From the IMG/VR virus record IMGVR_UViG_2703718777_000015: 64,000 nucleotides of DNA, one strand, 5' to 3'. The DNA comes from a virus (Duplodnaviria > Heunggongvirae > Uroviricota > Caudoviricetes). The translations under genes and the position numbers were made by a program. The notes beneath the pieces are model-generated. The model did no database searches. It saw only the letters and a list, made by a program, of their open reading frames with translations, and was not told the DNA's origin. Shown here piece by piece: positions 33,478 to 42,733 of this stretch (positions are counted from its first letter, which is position 1; every line of letters begins with the position of its first letter).

Positions 33478-33754
33478 GTTGTAACCCTTGAATATCAACC
33501 ACAGAAAGCTCGTCTTTGTAGAAAAAGGCCAGGTTGTGGCACCCCCTCGTTTGAGCGTATGAGCTGGGACCAATTTCGTTCTTCCAGACAAATGGCTTCA
33601 AATCCGTACGGCGAAGCATAAAAACGCGATTTGTTCCGCTCTGATTCCCAATGAGGCAAAAGCCTTCTTTCACCTTGATAGCCTGCAAGTTGTCGAGTTC
33701 ACCGCTGGTTACACGGCTATCGAACTCCTTGCGGCTTATTAGCTCCATCTGCAT
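33470..33754 (-). CDS. hypothetical protein (94 aa), first gene of the rdgC-dmt operon
   Basis: GGAG 8 nt upstream of ATG at 33754; longer ORF to 33826 rejected because operator overlaps it. Confidence 0.5.
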
Positions 33755-33825
33755 CTGACGACTCCAAACAAATGCCCATTGAAGGGCGATGGCTGAATGG
33801 TACCGAAAACACGACATAAAAAACA

Positions 33826-33842
33826 ATATTTATTAGAGCAAT
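33826..33842 (-). promoter_or_regulatory. C1 repressor operator (16/17)
   Basis: Minus strand ATTGCTCTAATAAATAT. Confidence 0.65.
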
Positions 33843-33923
33843 TTTGCAATAAGTAAACGCCATACAGACCACAAATAAACTAAGTTAAAATAACGAAAAT
33901 CAGAGCAAATCATTGGTGATGAC

Positions 33924-34208
33924 GTGGCAAGTATTGCAACAAAAGACAGCATTTGTTCGGGGCACGGAGGATTCCCATCCAGGCCTCCCGTAGAGAGCGA
34001 ACCACTACTTAAAGTCAACGGAGTCGAAGTGTTAGTTGATGGTAAGCAATATGCACAGCATACCGATGGGAACAGCACGCACGGCGGGCAAGCTATATCA
34101 ACCAGGGCATGGTTTACCGTCAACAGGAAAGGGATCGTATGCGTTGGTGATCCTGTTTCATGCGGCTCTACCGTTGCAGCCGGAGACGGCCTGGTTCAGG
34201 TAAGTTAG
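33924..34208 (+). CDS. PAAR-like repeat protein (spike-tip candidate), GTG start
   Basis: 94 aa, Gly/Cys/His-rich (GHGG, THGG, GDPVSCGSTVAAGDG). Confidence 0.45.
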   Translation: MASIATKDSICSGHGGFPSRPPVESEPLLKVNGVEVLVDGKQYAQHTDGNSTHGGQAISTRAWFTVNRKGIVCVGDPVSCGSTVAAGDGLVQVS

Positions 34209-34216
34209 GAGATATC

Positions 34217-35005
34217 ATGCTGGAAAAAGACTACCAGTTATCCGCATATAAAAAATTGGCCGCCGCCGGTGGGATGAAAACACCTGGTGCCATAACATCG
34301 GCACGAAACAGTGCTAACACAGCAAAACTGTTTGCAGAAGAATTGACCGGATTAATTCTGGATACAATTGTCTATCCCGACACTATTACCAGCTATGTTT
34401 CAACGATCAGAACAACCGCAACCGGTTTAACGAATATTGGAGGGCTGGCAACTCAGCACGCGGACCTGTTGGCTGGTTATGCTGATCTGTCAATGCTCCT
34501 TCAACTCGATATTGGTTGGGATGTTTACTGTCGTGCTAATGAGCGAGAAGTTTCAGAACTGCCGATCTCTATTGCCATTGGTGATGTGACTATTACTAAA
34601 TCGCTTGAGGACGCTGTAAACGCGCTTAATACATCAAGTTTAGTCGCTGCTATGGGGGAGATTAACCAGACCCTTAACACTGGCTCAGGAAGCTCGTCAG
34701 GCTCTGGTTCAGGCGGCGGCACTGCCACTCCCCCACCAGCACTAACAGAAGAGCAAATTGAATCTCTGAAAGTAGCAACTGAACAGTTTGGGGTTGTTTT
34801 CAACCAGACAACAGCACCCACAACTGCGTTACAACAGCAGTATGAACGAGCGAATGAAAGCGCCAACGTAGCCATAACTGCTTATAACCATGCTATCGGT
34901 ACCGCGCTTGCGGAAGCATCAGCAAATAAGGCCAGCACAGCCAGCGCAGTCGCCGCTTTGGTTCCTGATTCTGTTCTTGATGAATTAAACAAAGCGGCAC
35001 GGTAA
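34217..35005 (+). CDS. hypothetical late protein with Gly/Ser linker
   Basis: AGGAGAT upstream of ATG; GSGSSSGSGSGGG linker. Confidence 0.55.
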   Translation: MLEKDYQLSAYKKLAAAGGMKTPGAITSARNSANTAKLFAEELTGLILDTIVYPDTITSYVSTIRTTATGLTNIGGLATQHADLLAGYADLSMLLQLDIGWDVYCRANEREVSELPISIAIGDVTITKSLEDAVNALNTSSLVAAMGEINQTLNTGSGSSSGSGSGGGTATPPPALTEEQIESLKVATEQFGVVFNQTTAPTTALQQQYERANESANVAITAYNHAIGTALAEASANKASTASAVAALVPDSVLDELNKAAR

Positions 35006-35044
35006 CAAAGGACTTCATTGATAATTTTTCTTCAGGAGGAAGAC

Positions 35045-35467
35045 ATGTCATTCTTTTCTACGTTAAAAACAGCTTTGTCTTTGAAGGAGAAACTTGCTGC
35101 TACTGGTGTTCTTGTTCTGATTTGCGCACTTGTTGGTGCTGGGTTTGCGTGGGAACGTCATCAGCTAAAGCAAGCCATGGAGAAAATTGGCAGTCTTGAT
35201 CAGGCTGTTAAGGAACGTGATAAGTCAATAATGGATCTTAACCAGACCATTGAGACGATGAACAAAGCAGAGCAACATTTTCACAGCCAGGAAGTGAAAA
35301 ATGAATCAGAACAAGCCAAGTATGCTGACAGGCAAATGGAACGAAAAGCTGAAGTTCAGAAACAACTTGTTGCGGCGGGTAATGTTCGCCAGCGTATTCC
35401 TGCTGACACTCAGCGGTTGCTCCGGGAGTCGATCAGCGAATTTAACGCCGACGCCGACAAAGGTTAA
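35045..35467 (+). CDS. Rz-like inner-membrane spanin (i-spanin)
   Basis: N-terminal TM then coiled coil; AGGAGGAAGAC upstream; overlapping lipoprotein ORF in another frame. Confidence 0.6.
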   Translation: MSFFSTLKTALSLKEKLAATGVLVLICALVGAGFAWERHQLKQAMEKIGSLDQAVKERDKSIMDLNQTIETMNKAEQHFHSQEVKNESEQAKYADRQMERKAEVQKQLVAAGNVRQRIPADTQRLLRESISEFNADADKG

Positions 35468-35633
35468 CCACCCTGCCCCAAAAAGTGCATTTATGTGCAG
35501 GATGCCAGAGTTTAGCAGTGAATATTTTGATGATCTGCCAGCGTATATCCTCGATACAGAAACGATGCTGATGGGGATTAACAGGAAGAATCGCAACGTT
35601 AATGATTACAACCGCGCTATCAGCGGTAACTAA
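35382..35633 (+). CDS. Rz1-like outer-membrane lipoprotein spanin (o-spanin), overlapping Rz-like gene out of frame
   Basis: Lipobox LTLSGC; Pro-rich mature region. Confidence 0.5.
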   Translation: MFASVFLLTLSGCSGSRSANLTPTPTKVNHPAPKSAFMCRMPEFSSEYFDDLPAYILDTETMLMGINRKNRNVNDYNRAISGN

Positions 35634-35644
35634 AAGGGATTTTT

Positions 35645-36037
35645 ATGTCTGATAAAGTAACAGTAAAGCAAACTATCAACAAAGCGACTTCAATCTACAA
35701 AATTGAGCACATCACTGTTGGCAAGCCAGGATCTGAACAATACCGTCATGCTTTCGAGCTTGCCGATCAGCTTGGTTTAAAACACCCGGATTGCATCGAG
35801 CATGTATTTCCGACCTATGCTGATGAGCAATGTACTCATGTTCTTACCGAAGAGGATTTTTTCAGCACTGAAGAACGAGAAGGCGTTGATCGTTGCATTG
35901 GTGTGATTTGCTCTTCAGTGAGTTATGAGTTATTCCCTAATGTCCATGAAAATGGTGGTATTGGATACCAATTTCTGTACGAAGGCGATGAGCTTAAATG
36001 TTATGAACATGGTCTTCTTATCGAGAGCGTAGAATAA
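35645..36037 (+). CDS. hypothetical protein (130 aa)
   Basis: ORF only. Confidence 0.5.
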   Translation: MSDKVTVKQTINKATSIYKIEHITVGKPGSEQYRHAFELADQLGLKHPDCIEHVFPTYADEQCTHVLTEEDFFSTEEREGVDRCIGVICSSVSYELFPNVHENGGIGYQFLYEGDELKCYEHGLLIESVE

Positions 36038-36189
36038 TACGGCTTCCTTCCAACCGGCTTTATTGGCCGGTTTATTCAACTTATCCACAGCATAGATCCA
36101 ATAAACAGATCCTAAAGAGAACCTAGGAAGATCCAAAGAAGATCCCGGATCGCTGTAAGCCGCGCCATTTCTGGCCTGAAATGGGATCA

Positions 36190-36316
36190 ACATTGACTAT
36201 ACGCGATTTTATGTTGACTGTGCACGATTTATTGTTGACTGCACGCGATTTATTGTTGACTATACGCGACAGAAACATTGACTGTACGCGATTTTAGAGC
36301 CTGACTATTCACAGTT
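36190..36316. repeat. replication origin iteron array: 5-6 direct copies of TTGACT(A/G)(T/C)(A/G)C(A/G)CGAT at about 21-22 bp spacing
   Basis: Copies at 36193, 36215, 36235, 36256, 36279 (plus degenerate at 36301), immediately upstream of repA. Confidence 0.8.
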
Positions 36317-36371
36317 GTTGATAACTGCAATCCAGATGACGCCAGGCCGCGCCACATATGGAGAAACCACG

Positions 36372-37256
36372 ATGCCGGAAGAAAATAAAGGCTTCCTTAG
36401 CGTTGAAGAAGTTGCAGGAAATACAGGAGAAATCCACAGCCTGAAACCCAATAACAATAGCACTATACAACCCATCGCTTTGTTGCGCTTAGGTGTGTTT
36501 GTGCCAACCTTAAAATCTACCAATGTGGCACTACGTCGCGGATCGTCAGTTACTACAAACACAACGAACGCAACCGAAGAACTATCAAGCCTCAAAATTG
36601 TTGAGCAGGAAGGCTATGAGGGAATTGAAATACATGGTCCACGCCTGGATATGGATACTGATTTTAAGGTGTGGGTGGGCATAACCTCCGCGTTGTTTGA
36701 CTACGCACCTGATGATGACGGCATAATCACCCTGCCATTCTCCGAGTTTGCCGATCGATGCGGCTATCCACGTAAGCGCCTTTCAAAGGCGTTCCGTAAA
36801 AGTATTGATGACTCTCTGACACGCATTCAGCAGACAGTTGTCAAATTCCGCTTCCCGGCGGCAAAAGGTCATCTCAATAACATTAACGTCAACTTGTTGG
36901 CATATAGCAGCCTGAATACCGAGCTTGATGTTATCGAGATCCAGCCGCAGAAACAGCTATCTGAACTTTACTATGTTGACTATAAGCGAATCCTGAAGCT
37001 GAAGATGCTGGATAAGCTCGGGCGCAAAGAGACGGCCAAGGTGCTGTATACATTCTTTGAGGCTCTACCCGCCAACCCGGCACCTGTCAGCATTGAGCGC
37101 CTTAGAGCAAGGCTTAATCTCAAATCATCCGTTAGCGTGCAAAATAGCGTTATCAGAAAAGCTATGAAAGATTTGGAAGCTATTGAATATCTTAAATTTT
37201 CAGAGATAAAAAACGGCAGGAAAATCGGCTTCCAGATCCATAAGCGCAATCCATAA
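36372..37256 (+). CDS. repA: iteron-binding replication initiator RepA
   Basis: 294 aa between two iteron arrays; GGAG 8 nt upstream. Confidence 0.75.
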   Translation: MPEENKGFLSVEEVAGNTGEIHSLKPNNNSTIQPIALLRLGVFVPTLKSTNVALRRGSSVTTNTTNATEELSSLKIVEQEGYEGIEIHGPRLDMDTDFKVWVGITSALFDYAPDDDGIITLPFSEFADRCGYPRKRLSKAFRKSIDDSLTRIQQTVVKFRFPAAKGHLNNINVNLLAYSSLNTELDVIEIQPQKQLSELYYVDYKRILKLKMLDKLGRKETAKVLYTFFEALPANPAPVSIERLRARLNLKSSVSVQNSVIRKAMKDLEAIEYLKFSEIKNGRKIGFQIHKRNP

Positions 37257-37257
37257 T

Positions 37258-37530
37258 ATTGACTATATGCGATAGCGAGAAGTTGACTATAGGCGACATT
37301 CGTTGACGCTGGTGGATTTTTGCTGGCGTCAATATTCTGCAAGTCGCTATTGAGATGGCTTTTAGGGTCATTTCATCGCGTATAGTCAACGTTTCTCCCG
37401 ACAATATCTTACATAGTCGATTTTTGGTGGAGTTAAATCGACTACAGTCAACTTTTGACTGTAGTCACATCGCGCATAGTCAACTATTCACATTAACTTT
37501 CGCGCATAGTCAACATTTGCGCGGTTCTCA
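37258..37530. repeat. copy-control iteron array (incA-like): about 9 copies of the same iteron in both orientations
   Basis: ttgactatatgcgat, ttgactataggcgac, cgcgtatagtcaa, tcgactacagtcaa, ttgactgtagtcaca, cgcgcatagtcaa (x2) and others. Confidence 0.8.
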
Positions 37531-37548
37531 TCAAGCAGTGGTATTGAT

Positions 37549-38358
37549 ATGCAAGAAGAGAAACAACACTACCTCTACGTTCTGGTGCCGGAGAACGGAG
37601 ATACTTTTAAAATCGGCATTTCATGTGGTCCATTGGCACGGTTTAAAGGGCTACAAGTGAGTCCCGATTTTGCGCTTTCACGGGTCTATCGTGGTACGCG
37701 TTTGGCAATGGTTAATCTTGAGCGGGCTTTACACGCAACCTTTTTCCCCTGGAATGCGCCGTGGGAGAAAAGCGCCGGTGGCGGGCATACTGAATGGTTT
37801 ACACGAGAGTGTCTTGATAAGGTTTTGGCTCATATCGAATACCTAAATGATATGTGGGGAGGGATTCTTGAGCGGATTAAGTCGAATGATTTACTTCAGC
37901 GTCCAGTAGATGCTGCTCGCTCTTTCGAAAAAGAACTGGATGTTACTTCTATCGTGACTTTCAAAGATGACGCAGGAATGAGGGATGTGGCTTATGTCTC
38001 CATATCTGGCTATGAACCTGACGCGATCCGCGCTCAATGTGAATTGCTGAAAGCGATGTTTACGCTTCGGACTAAATATCCCTGGGAGACAGGGCGGGTG
38101 TGCTTCCCTATGGAAGAGTTAACCGCCATCATTGATTCCCAGCTTTACCACGATAATCCAGAGAAGTTTTTTAGCCTTTTAGCTGGTAATGGGCTTAACT
38201 GTGTGTCCGGACTGGGGCGAAGTAGAATCCAACATGCCTCGCTCTTCGGTCCCTTCTTTTACGATCGAAACGGGTGCTTTGAGGCTGAACTTCCGGCGCT
38301 AACGCGTGCTATAGATACTATCGATTTCGAACGATTATTCGCAGCTCTTAACAAATAA
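37549..38358 (+). CDS. GIY-YIG-like / T5orf172-type domain protein with unknown C-terminal domain (269 aa)
   Basis: N-terminal HYLYVLVPENGDTFKIGIS...R...EWF pattern; own terminator; inserted between iterons and parA. Confidence 0.5.
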   Translation: MQEEKQHYLYVLVPENGDTFKIGISCGPLARFKGLQVSPDFALSRVYRGTRLAMVNLERALHATFFPWNAPWEKSAGGGHTEWFTRECLDKVLAHIEYLNDMWGGILERIKSNDLLQRPVDAARSFEKELDVTSIVTFKDDAGMRDVAYVSISGYEPDAIRAQCELLKAMFTLRTKYPWETGRVCFPMEELTAIIDSQLYHDNPEKFFSLLAGNGLNCVSGLGRSRIQHASLFGPFFYDRNGCFEAELPALTRAIDTIDFERLFAALNK

Positions 38359-38365
38359 CACTGAT

Positions 38366-38387
38366 GCCCCTGAACGGGGCTTTTTTG
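38366..38387 (+). terminator. intrinsic terminator after the T5orf172-like gene
   Basis: gcccc-tgaac-ggggc followed by TTTTTT. Confidence 0.7.
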
Positions 38388-38526
38388 TGCCCTCCTTGCA
38401 ACTCTCTATCGTGCAAAATGAACCAAACATGCAGAGAATGCTATGTACAAGCATCTACGCATACATTATTATTTTATGCAGCATTTTTAATTAAATTCAA
38501 AAATACAGCATAAAGGATGACTTTCG

Positions 38527-39723
38527 ATGAGTGATTCCAGCCAGCTTCACAAGGTTGCTCAAAGAGCAAACAGAATGCTCAATGTTCTGACTGAACAAGT
38601 ACAGTTGCAAAAGGATGAGCTACACGCGAACGAGTTTTACCAGGTCTATGCGAAAGCGGCACTGGCAAAATTGCCTCTACTGACTCGAGCGAACGTTGAC
38701 TATGCCGTAAGTGAAATGGAAGAAAAGGGTTATGTTTTCGATAAACGCCCTGCTGGCTCTTCAATGAAATATGCGATGTCAATTCAGAACATCATTGACA
38801 TATATGAACATCGCGGAGTGCCAAAATACCGGGATCGCTACAGCGAAGCGTATGTGATTTTCATCTCCAATCTTAAAGGCGGTGTGTCAAAAACTGTATC
38901 GACGGTTTCTCTGGCGCATGCAATGCGTGCCCACCCTCATCTTCTGATGGAAGATTTAAGAATTCTGGTTATTGACCTTGATCCGCAATCTTCAGCAACG
39001 ATGTTTTTAAGCCATAAACACTCTATTGGTATCGTAAACGCAACATCTGCACAGGCTATGTTGCAGAATGTAAGCCGTGAAGAGCTGTTAGAGGAGTTTA
39101 TTGTTCCTTCTGTTGTACCTGGGGTTGACGTTATGCCTGCGTCGATTGACGATGCCTTTATTGCATCCGATTGGAGAGAGCTGTGCAATGAGCATCTACC
39201 GGGTCAGAACATCCATGCAGTCCTGAAAGAAAATGTGATTGATAAGCTGAAGAGCGATTATGACTTTATCCTCGTTGATAGTGGTCCTCACCTTGACGCC
39301 TTCCTGAAAAATGCTTTGGCCTCGGCCAATATACTGTTTACACCTCTGCCGCCTGCAACGGTTGATTTCCACTCATCGCTTAAATACGTTGCCCGCCTTC
39401 CTGAGTTGGTGAAACTCATTTCGGATGAAGGCTGCGAGTGCCAGCTTGCGACTAACATTGGTTTTATGTCCAAGTTGAGTAACAAGGCAGATCATAAGTA
39501 TTGCCATAGCCTGGCTAAAGAAGTGTTCGGTGGGGATATGCTCGATGTCGTCCTCCCTCGCCTTGACGGTTTTGAACGTTGCGGCGAGTCTTTTGACACT
39601 GTTATTTCAGCTAACCCGGCAACGTATGTTGGTAGTGCTGATGCATTGAAGAACGCGCGAATTGCCGCGGAAGATTTTGCTAAAGCAGTTTTTGACCGTA
39701 TTGAATTTATCAGATCTAACTGA
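38527..39723 (+). CDS. parA: partition ATPase ParA (type Ia, with N-terminal HTH extension)
   Basis: 398 aa; deviant Walker A KGGVSKT. Confidence 0.85.
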   Translation: MSDSSQLHKVAQRANRMLNVLTEQVQLQKDELHANEFYQVYAKAALAKLPLLTRANVDYAVSEMEEKGYVFDKRPAGSSMKYAMSIQNIIDIYEHRGVPKYRDRYSEAYVIFISNLKGGVSKTVSTVSLAHAMRAHPHLLMEDLRILVIDLDPQSSATMFLSHKHSIGIVNATSAQAMLQNVSREELLEEFIVPSVVPGVDVMPASIDDAFIASDWRELCNEHLPGQNIHAVLKENVIDKLKSDYDFILVDSGPHLDAFLKNALASANILFTPLPPATVDFHSSLKYVARLPELVKLISDEGCECQLATNIGFMSKLSNKADHKYCHSLAKEVFGGDMLDVVLPRLDGFERCGESFDTVISANPATYVGSADALKNARIAAEDFAKAVFDRIEFIRSN

Positions 39724-39739
39724 GGAGTAAGAAACCCCC

Positions 39740-40741
39740 ATGTCAAAGAAAAACAGACCAACAATTGGGCGAACCCTTAATCCTTCAATATTAAGCGGAT
39801 TTGATAGTTCTTCAGCCTCTGGCGATCGAGTCGAGCAGGTATTCAAGTTATCAACTGGTCGCCAGGCCACATTTATTGAAGAGGTAATACCTCCGAACCA
39901 GGTAGAAAGCGATACCTTTGTTGATCAGCATAACAACGGGCGTGACCAGGCATCTCTTACGCCAAAATCATTAAAAAGTATCCGAAGCACTATTAAGCAT
40001 CAGCAATTTTACCCTGCAATAGGTGTTAGACGGGCTACAGGGAAAATTGAAATTTTGGATGGTTCCCGGCGTCGAGCTTCTGCCATCTTAGAGAACGTAG
40101 GGTTGCGGGTTTTAGTCACGGACCAGGAGATCAGCGTTCAGGAAGCGCAAAATTTAGCGAAAGACGTTCAGACAGCATTGCAGCACAGCATTCGAGAAAT
40201 AGGTCTGCGTTTGATGCGAATGAAAAATGATGGGATGAGTCAGAAGGATATTGCAGCCAAAGAAGGGCTGTCTCAGGCGAAGGTCACGCGTGCTCTCCAG
40301 GCAGCGAGTGCTCCGGAAGAATTAGTCGCCCTTTTCCCTGTGCAGTCGGAATTAACCTTTTCGGACTACAAAACGCTTTGTGCTGTTGGCGACGAAATGG
40401 GGAACAAGAATTTAGAGTTTGATCAGCTTATTCAAAACATATCCCCGGAAATAAACGACATCTTATCCATTGAAGAAATGGCCGAAGATGAAGTTAAAAA
40501 TAAAATCCTGCGCTTGATAACAAAGGAAGCCTCACTACTCACGGATAAAGGTTCTAAAGATAAGTCCGTAGTTACTGAATTATGGAAATTTGAGGACAAG
40601 GATCGCTTTGCAAGGAAGCGCGTGAAAGGCCGTGCATTTTCTTATGAGTTTAATCGACTCTCAAAAGAGTTACAGGAAGAACTCGACAGGATGATTGGGC
40701 ATATCCTTAGAAAGAGCCTCGATAAAAAGCCGAAGCCTTAA
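39740..40741 (+). CDS. parB: partition protein ParB (centromere-binding)
   Basis: 333 aa; ParB/Spo0J-type GSRRRAS arginine motif; followed by parS. Confidence 0.85.
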   Translation: MSKKNRPTIGRTLNPSILSGFDSSSASGDRVEQVFKLSTGRQATFIEEVIPPNQVESDTFVDQHNNGRDQASLTPKSLKSIRSTIKHQQFYPAIGVRRATGKIEILDGSRRRASAILENVGLRVLVTDQEISVQEAQNLAKDVQTALQHSIREIGLRLMRMKNDGMSQKDIAAKEGLSQAKVTRALQAASAPEELVALFPVQSELTFSDYKTLCAVGDEMGNKNLEFDQLIQNISPEINDILSIEEMAEDEVKNKILRLITKEASLLTDKGSKDKSVVTELWKFEDKDRFARKRVKGRAFSYEFNRLSKELQEELDRMIGHILRKSLDKKPKP

Positions 40742-40742
40742 A

Positions 40743-40833
40743 CTTTCGCCATTCAAATTTCACTATTAACTGACTGTTTTTAAAGTAAATTACTCTAAAA
40801 TTTCAAGGTGAAATCGCCACGATTTCACCTTGG
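40743..40833. promoter_or_regulatory. parS centromere: box A heptamers (ATTTCAC), box B hexamers (TCGCCA) and a central IHF-like site
   Basis: ttcgccattcaaatttcac...aactgactgtttttaaag...aaggtgaaatcgccacgatttcacctt (perfect palindrome at 40805-40831). Confidence 0.8.
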
Positions 40834-40966
40834 ATTTTACCTTCCTCCCCTCCTCCCGAAAAAAATCAAAAAATTGCTTGTCACGAGAAAGTCAACAAGT
40901 GACTTTCAATAAAATCTCTTCCGAAAAGGGATTCACACAAGTGCCTTGTGTTTAAGGAAGAGTAAA

Positions 40967-42673
40967 TTGAGTAACTTACGCGAATACCAGAATCGTATTG
41001 CAGATATCGCAAAACGCTCTAAAGCTGTGCTTGGCTGGGCAAGCACTGCGCAGTTCGGTACTGATAACCAATTCATTAAAGATGATGCCGCGCGTGCCGC
41101 ATCTATCCTTGAAGCTGCACGTAAAGACCCGGTTTTTGCGGGTATCTCTGATAATGCCACCGCTCAAATCGCTACAGCGTGGGCAAGTGCACTGGCTGAC
41201 TACGCCGCAGCACATAAATCTATGCCGCGTCCGGAAATTCTGGCCTCCTGCCACCAGACGCTGGAAAACTGCCTGATAGAGTCCACCCGCAATAGCATGG
41301 ATGCCACTAATAAAGCGATGCTGGAATCCGTCGCAGCAGAGATGATGAGCGTTTCTGACGGTGTTATGCGTCTGCCTTTATTCCTCGCGATGATCCTGCC
41401 TGTTCAGTTGGGGGCAGCTACCGCTGATGCGTGTACCTTCATTCCGGTTACGCGTGACCAGTCCGACATCTATGAAGTCTTTAACGTGGCAGGTTCCTCT
41501 TTTGGTTCTTATGCTGCTGGTGATGTTCTGGACATGCAATCCGTCGGTGTGTACAGCCAGTTACGTCGCCGCTATGTGCTGGTGGCAAGCTCCGATGGCA
41601 CCAGCAAAACCGCAACCTTCAAGATGGAAGACTTCGAAGGCCAGAATGTACCAATCCGAAAAGGTCGCACTAACATCTACGTTAACCGTATTAAGTCTGT
41701 TGTTGATAACGGTTCCGGCAGCCTACTTCACTCGTTTACTAATGCTGCTGGTGAGCAAATCACTGTTACCTGCTCTCTGAACTACAACATTGGTCAGATT
41801 GCCCTGTCGTTCTCCAAAGCGCCGGATAAAGGCACTGAGATCGCAATTGAGACGGAAATCAATATTGAAGCCGCTCCTGAGCTGATCCCGCTGATCAACC
41901 ACGAAATGAAGAAATACACCCTGTTCCCAAGCCAGTTCGTTATCGCGGCTGAGCACACGGTACAGGCGGCGTATGAAGCACAGCGTGAATTTGGTCTGGA
42001 CCTGGGTTCCCTACAGTTCCGCACCCTGAAAGAATACCTGTCCCATGAACAGGATATGTTGCGTCTCCGCATCATGATCTGGCGTACTCTTGCGAACGAC
42101 ACCTTTGACATCGCTCTGCCGGTTAACCAGTCCTTTGATGTATGGGCAACCATCATTCGTGGCAAATTCCAGACTGTATATCGCGACATTATTGAGCGCG
42201 TTAAATCTTCTGGTGCGATGGGGATGTTTGCTGGTGCTGATGCAGCATCTTTCTTCAAACAGTTGCCGAAGGATTTCTTCCAGCCAGCCGAAGACTATAT
42301 CCAGACTCCGTATGTTCACTACATCGGTACCCTGTTCGGTAACGTGAAAGTGTACGAAGTACCTGCTGGTATTTGTAAGAACTTAACGACAGAGAACATT
42401 CAGTTCAGCTCGATGGATGTGCTGTGCTACGTCCGTGATGAAAATCCGGGTAAAGCAGGCTTCGTGACTGGTGATGCTGTCCCGGCCATCCCGTTCCAGC
42501 ATCCGACCACTCCGGCGCTGGTCAACCGTACCACGCTGTGGGGTTCGGCTATCAACGATATGCACCCACGCAACGGCGCTGATTACTTCACTCGTGTAAC
42601 GCTGACAATGGCCAAAAAAGGCGGGCTTAACTTCATAAGCGGCGACACGATTGATGCCGGTGACTCTGAGTAA
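40967..42673 (+). CDS. large structural protein, candidate major head protein (gp23-like by position next to parB); TTG start
   Basis: 568 aa; AAGGAAG 6 nt upstream of TTG; identity by synteny only. Confidence 0.45.
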   Translation: MSNLREYQNRIADIAKRSKAVLGWASTAQFGTDNQFIKDDAARAASILEAARKDPVFAGISDNATAQIATAWASALADYAAAHKSMPRPEILASCHQTLENCLIESTRNSMDATNKAMLESVAAEMMSVSDGVMRLPLFLAMILPVQLGAATADACTFIPVTRDQSDIYEVFNVAGSSFGSYAAGDVLDMQSVGVYSQLRRRYVLVASSDGTSKTATFKMEDFEGQNVPIRKGRTNIYVNRIKSVVDNGSGSLLHSFTNAAGEQITVTCSLNYNIGQIALSFSKAPDKGTEIAIETEINIEAAPELIPLINHEMKKYTLFPSQFVIAAEHTVQAAYEAQREFGLDLGSLQFRTLKEYLSHEQDMLRLRIMIWRTLANDTFDIALPVNQSFDVWATIIRGKFQTVYRDIIERVKSSGAMGMFAGADAASFFKQLPKDFFQPAEDYIQTPYVHYIGTLFGNVKVYEVPAGICKNLTTENIQFSSMDVLCYVRDENPGKAGFVTGDAVPAIPFQHPTTPALVNRTTLWGSAINDMHPRNGADYFTRVTLTMAKKGGLNFISGDTIDAGDSE

Positions 42674-42733
42674 TCAGGGGAAGTTCTCCGTTTAACATAG
42701 CGCCCCCGTGCGGGGCGCATAACAGGGAAAGTT

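Noticed and set aside
32572-33591. Full 339-aa ORF as the rdgC gene
   Set aside because: Alignment to RdgC begins at the internal Met ([13 protein letters not shown]); the N-terminal 38 codons overlap the upstream gene, so the start was set to 33477.
33470-33826. 118-aa ORF starting at 33826
   Set aside because: Its first codons overlap the C1 operator at 33826-33842; an internal ATG at 33754 with a GGAG ribosome-binding site is the more plausible start.
36190-37530. Possible CRISPR array (short repeats at regular spacing)
   Set aside because: Repeats are 15-bp iterons in both orientations flanking a RepA gene, with no cas genes and no unique spacers; this is a plasmid origin, not CRISPR.
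40785-40802. ATTACTCTAAAATTT as an additional C1 operator
   Set aside because: Only a partial match; it lies inside the IHF/parS region and is better explained as part of the centromere.
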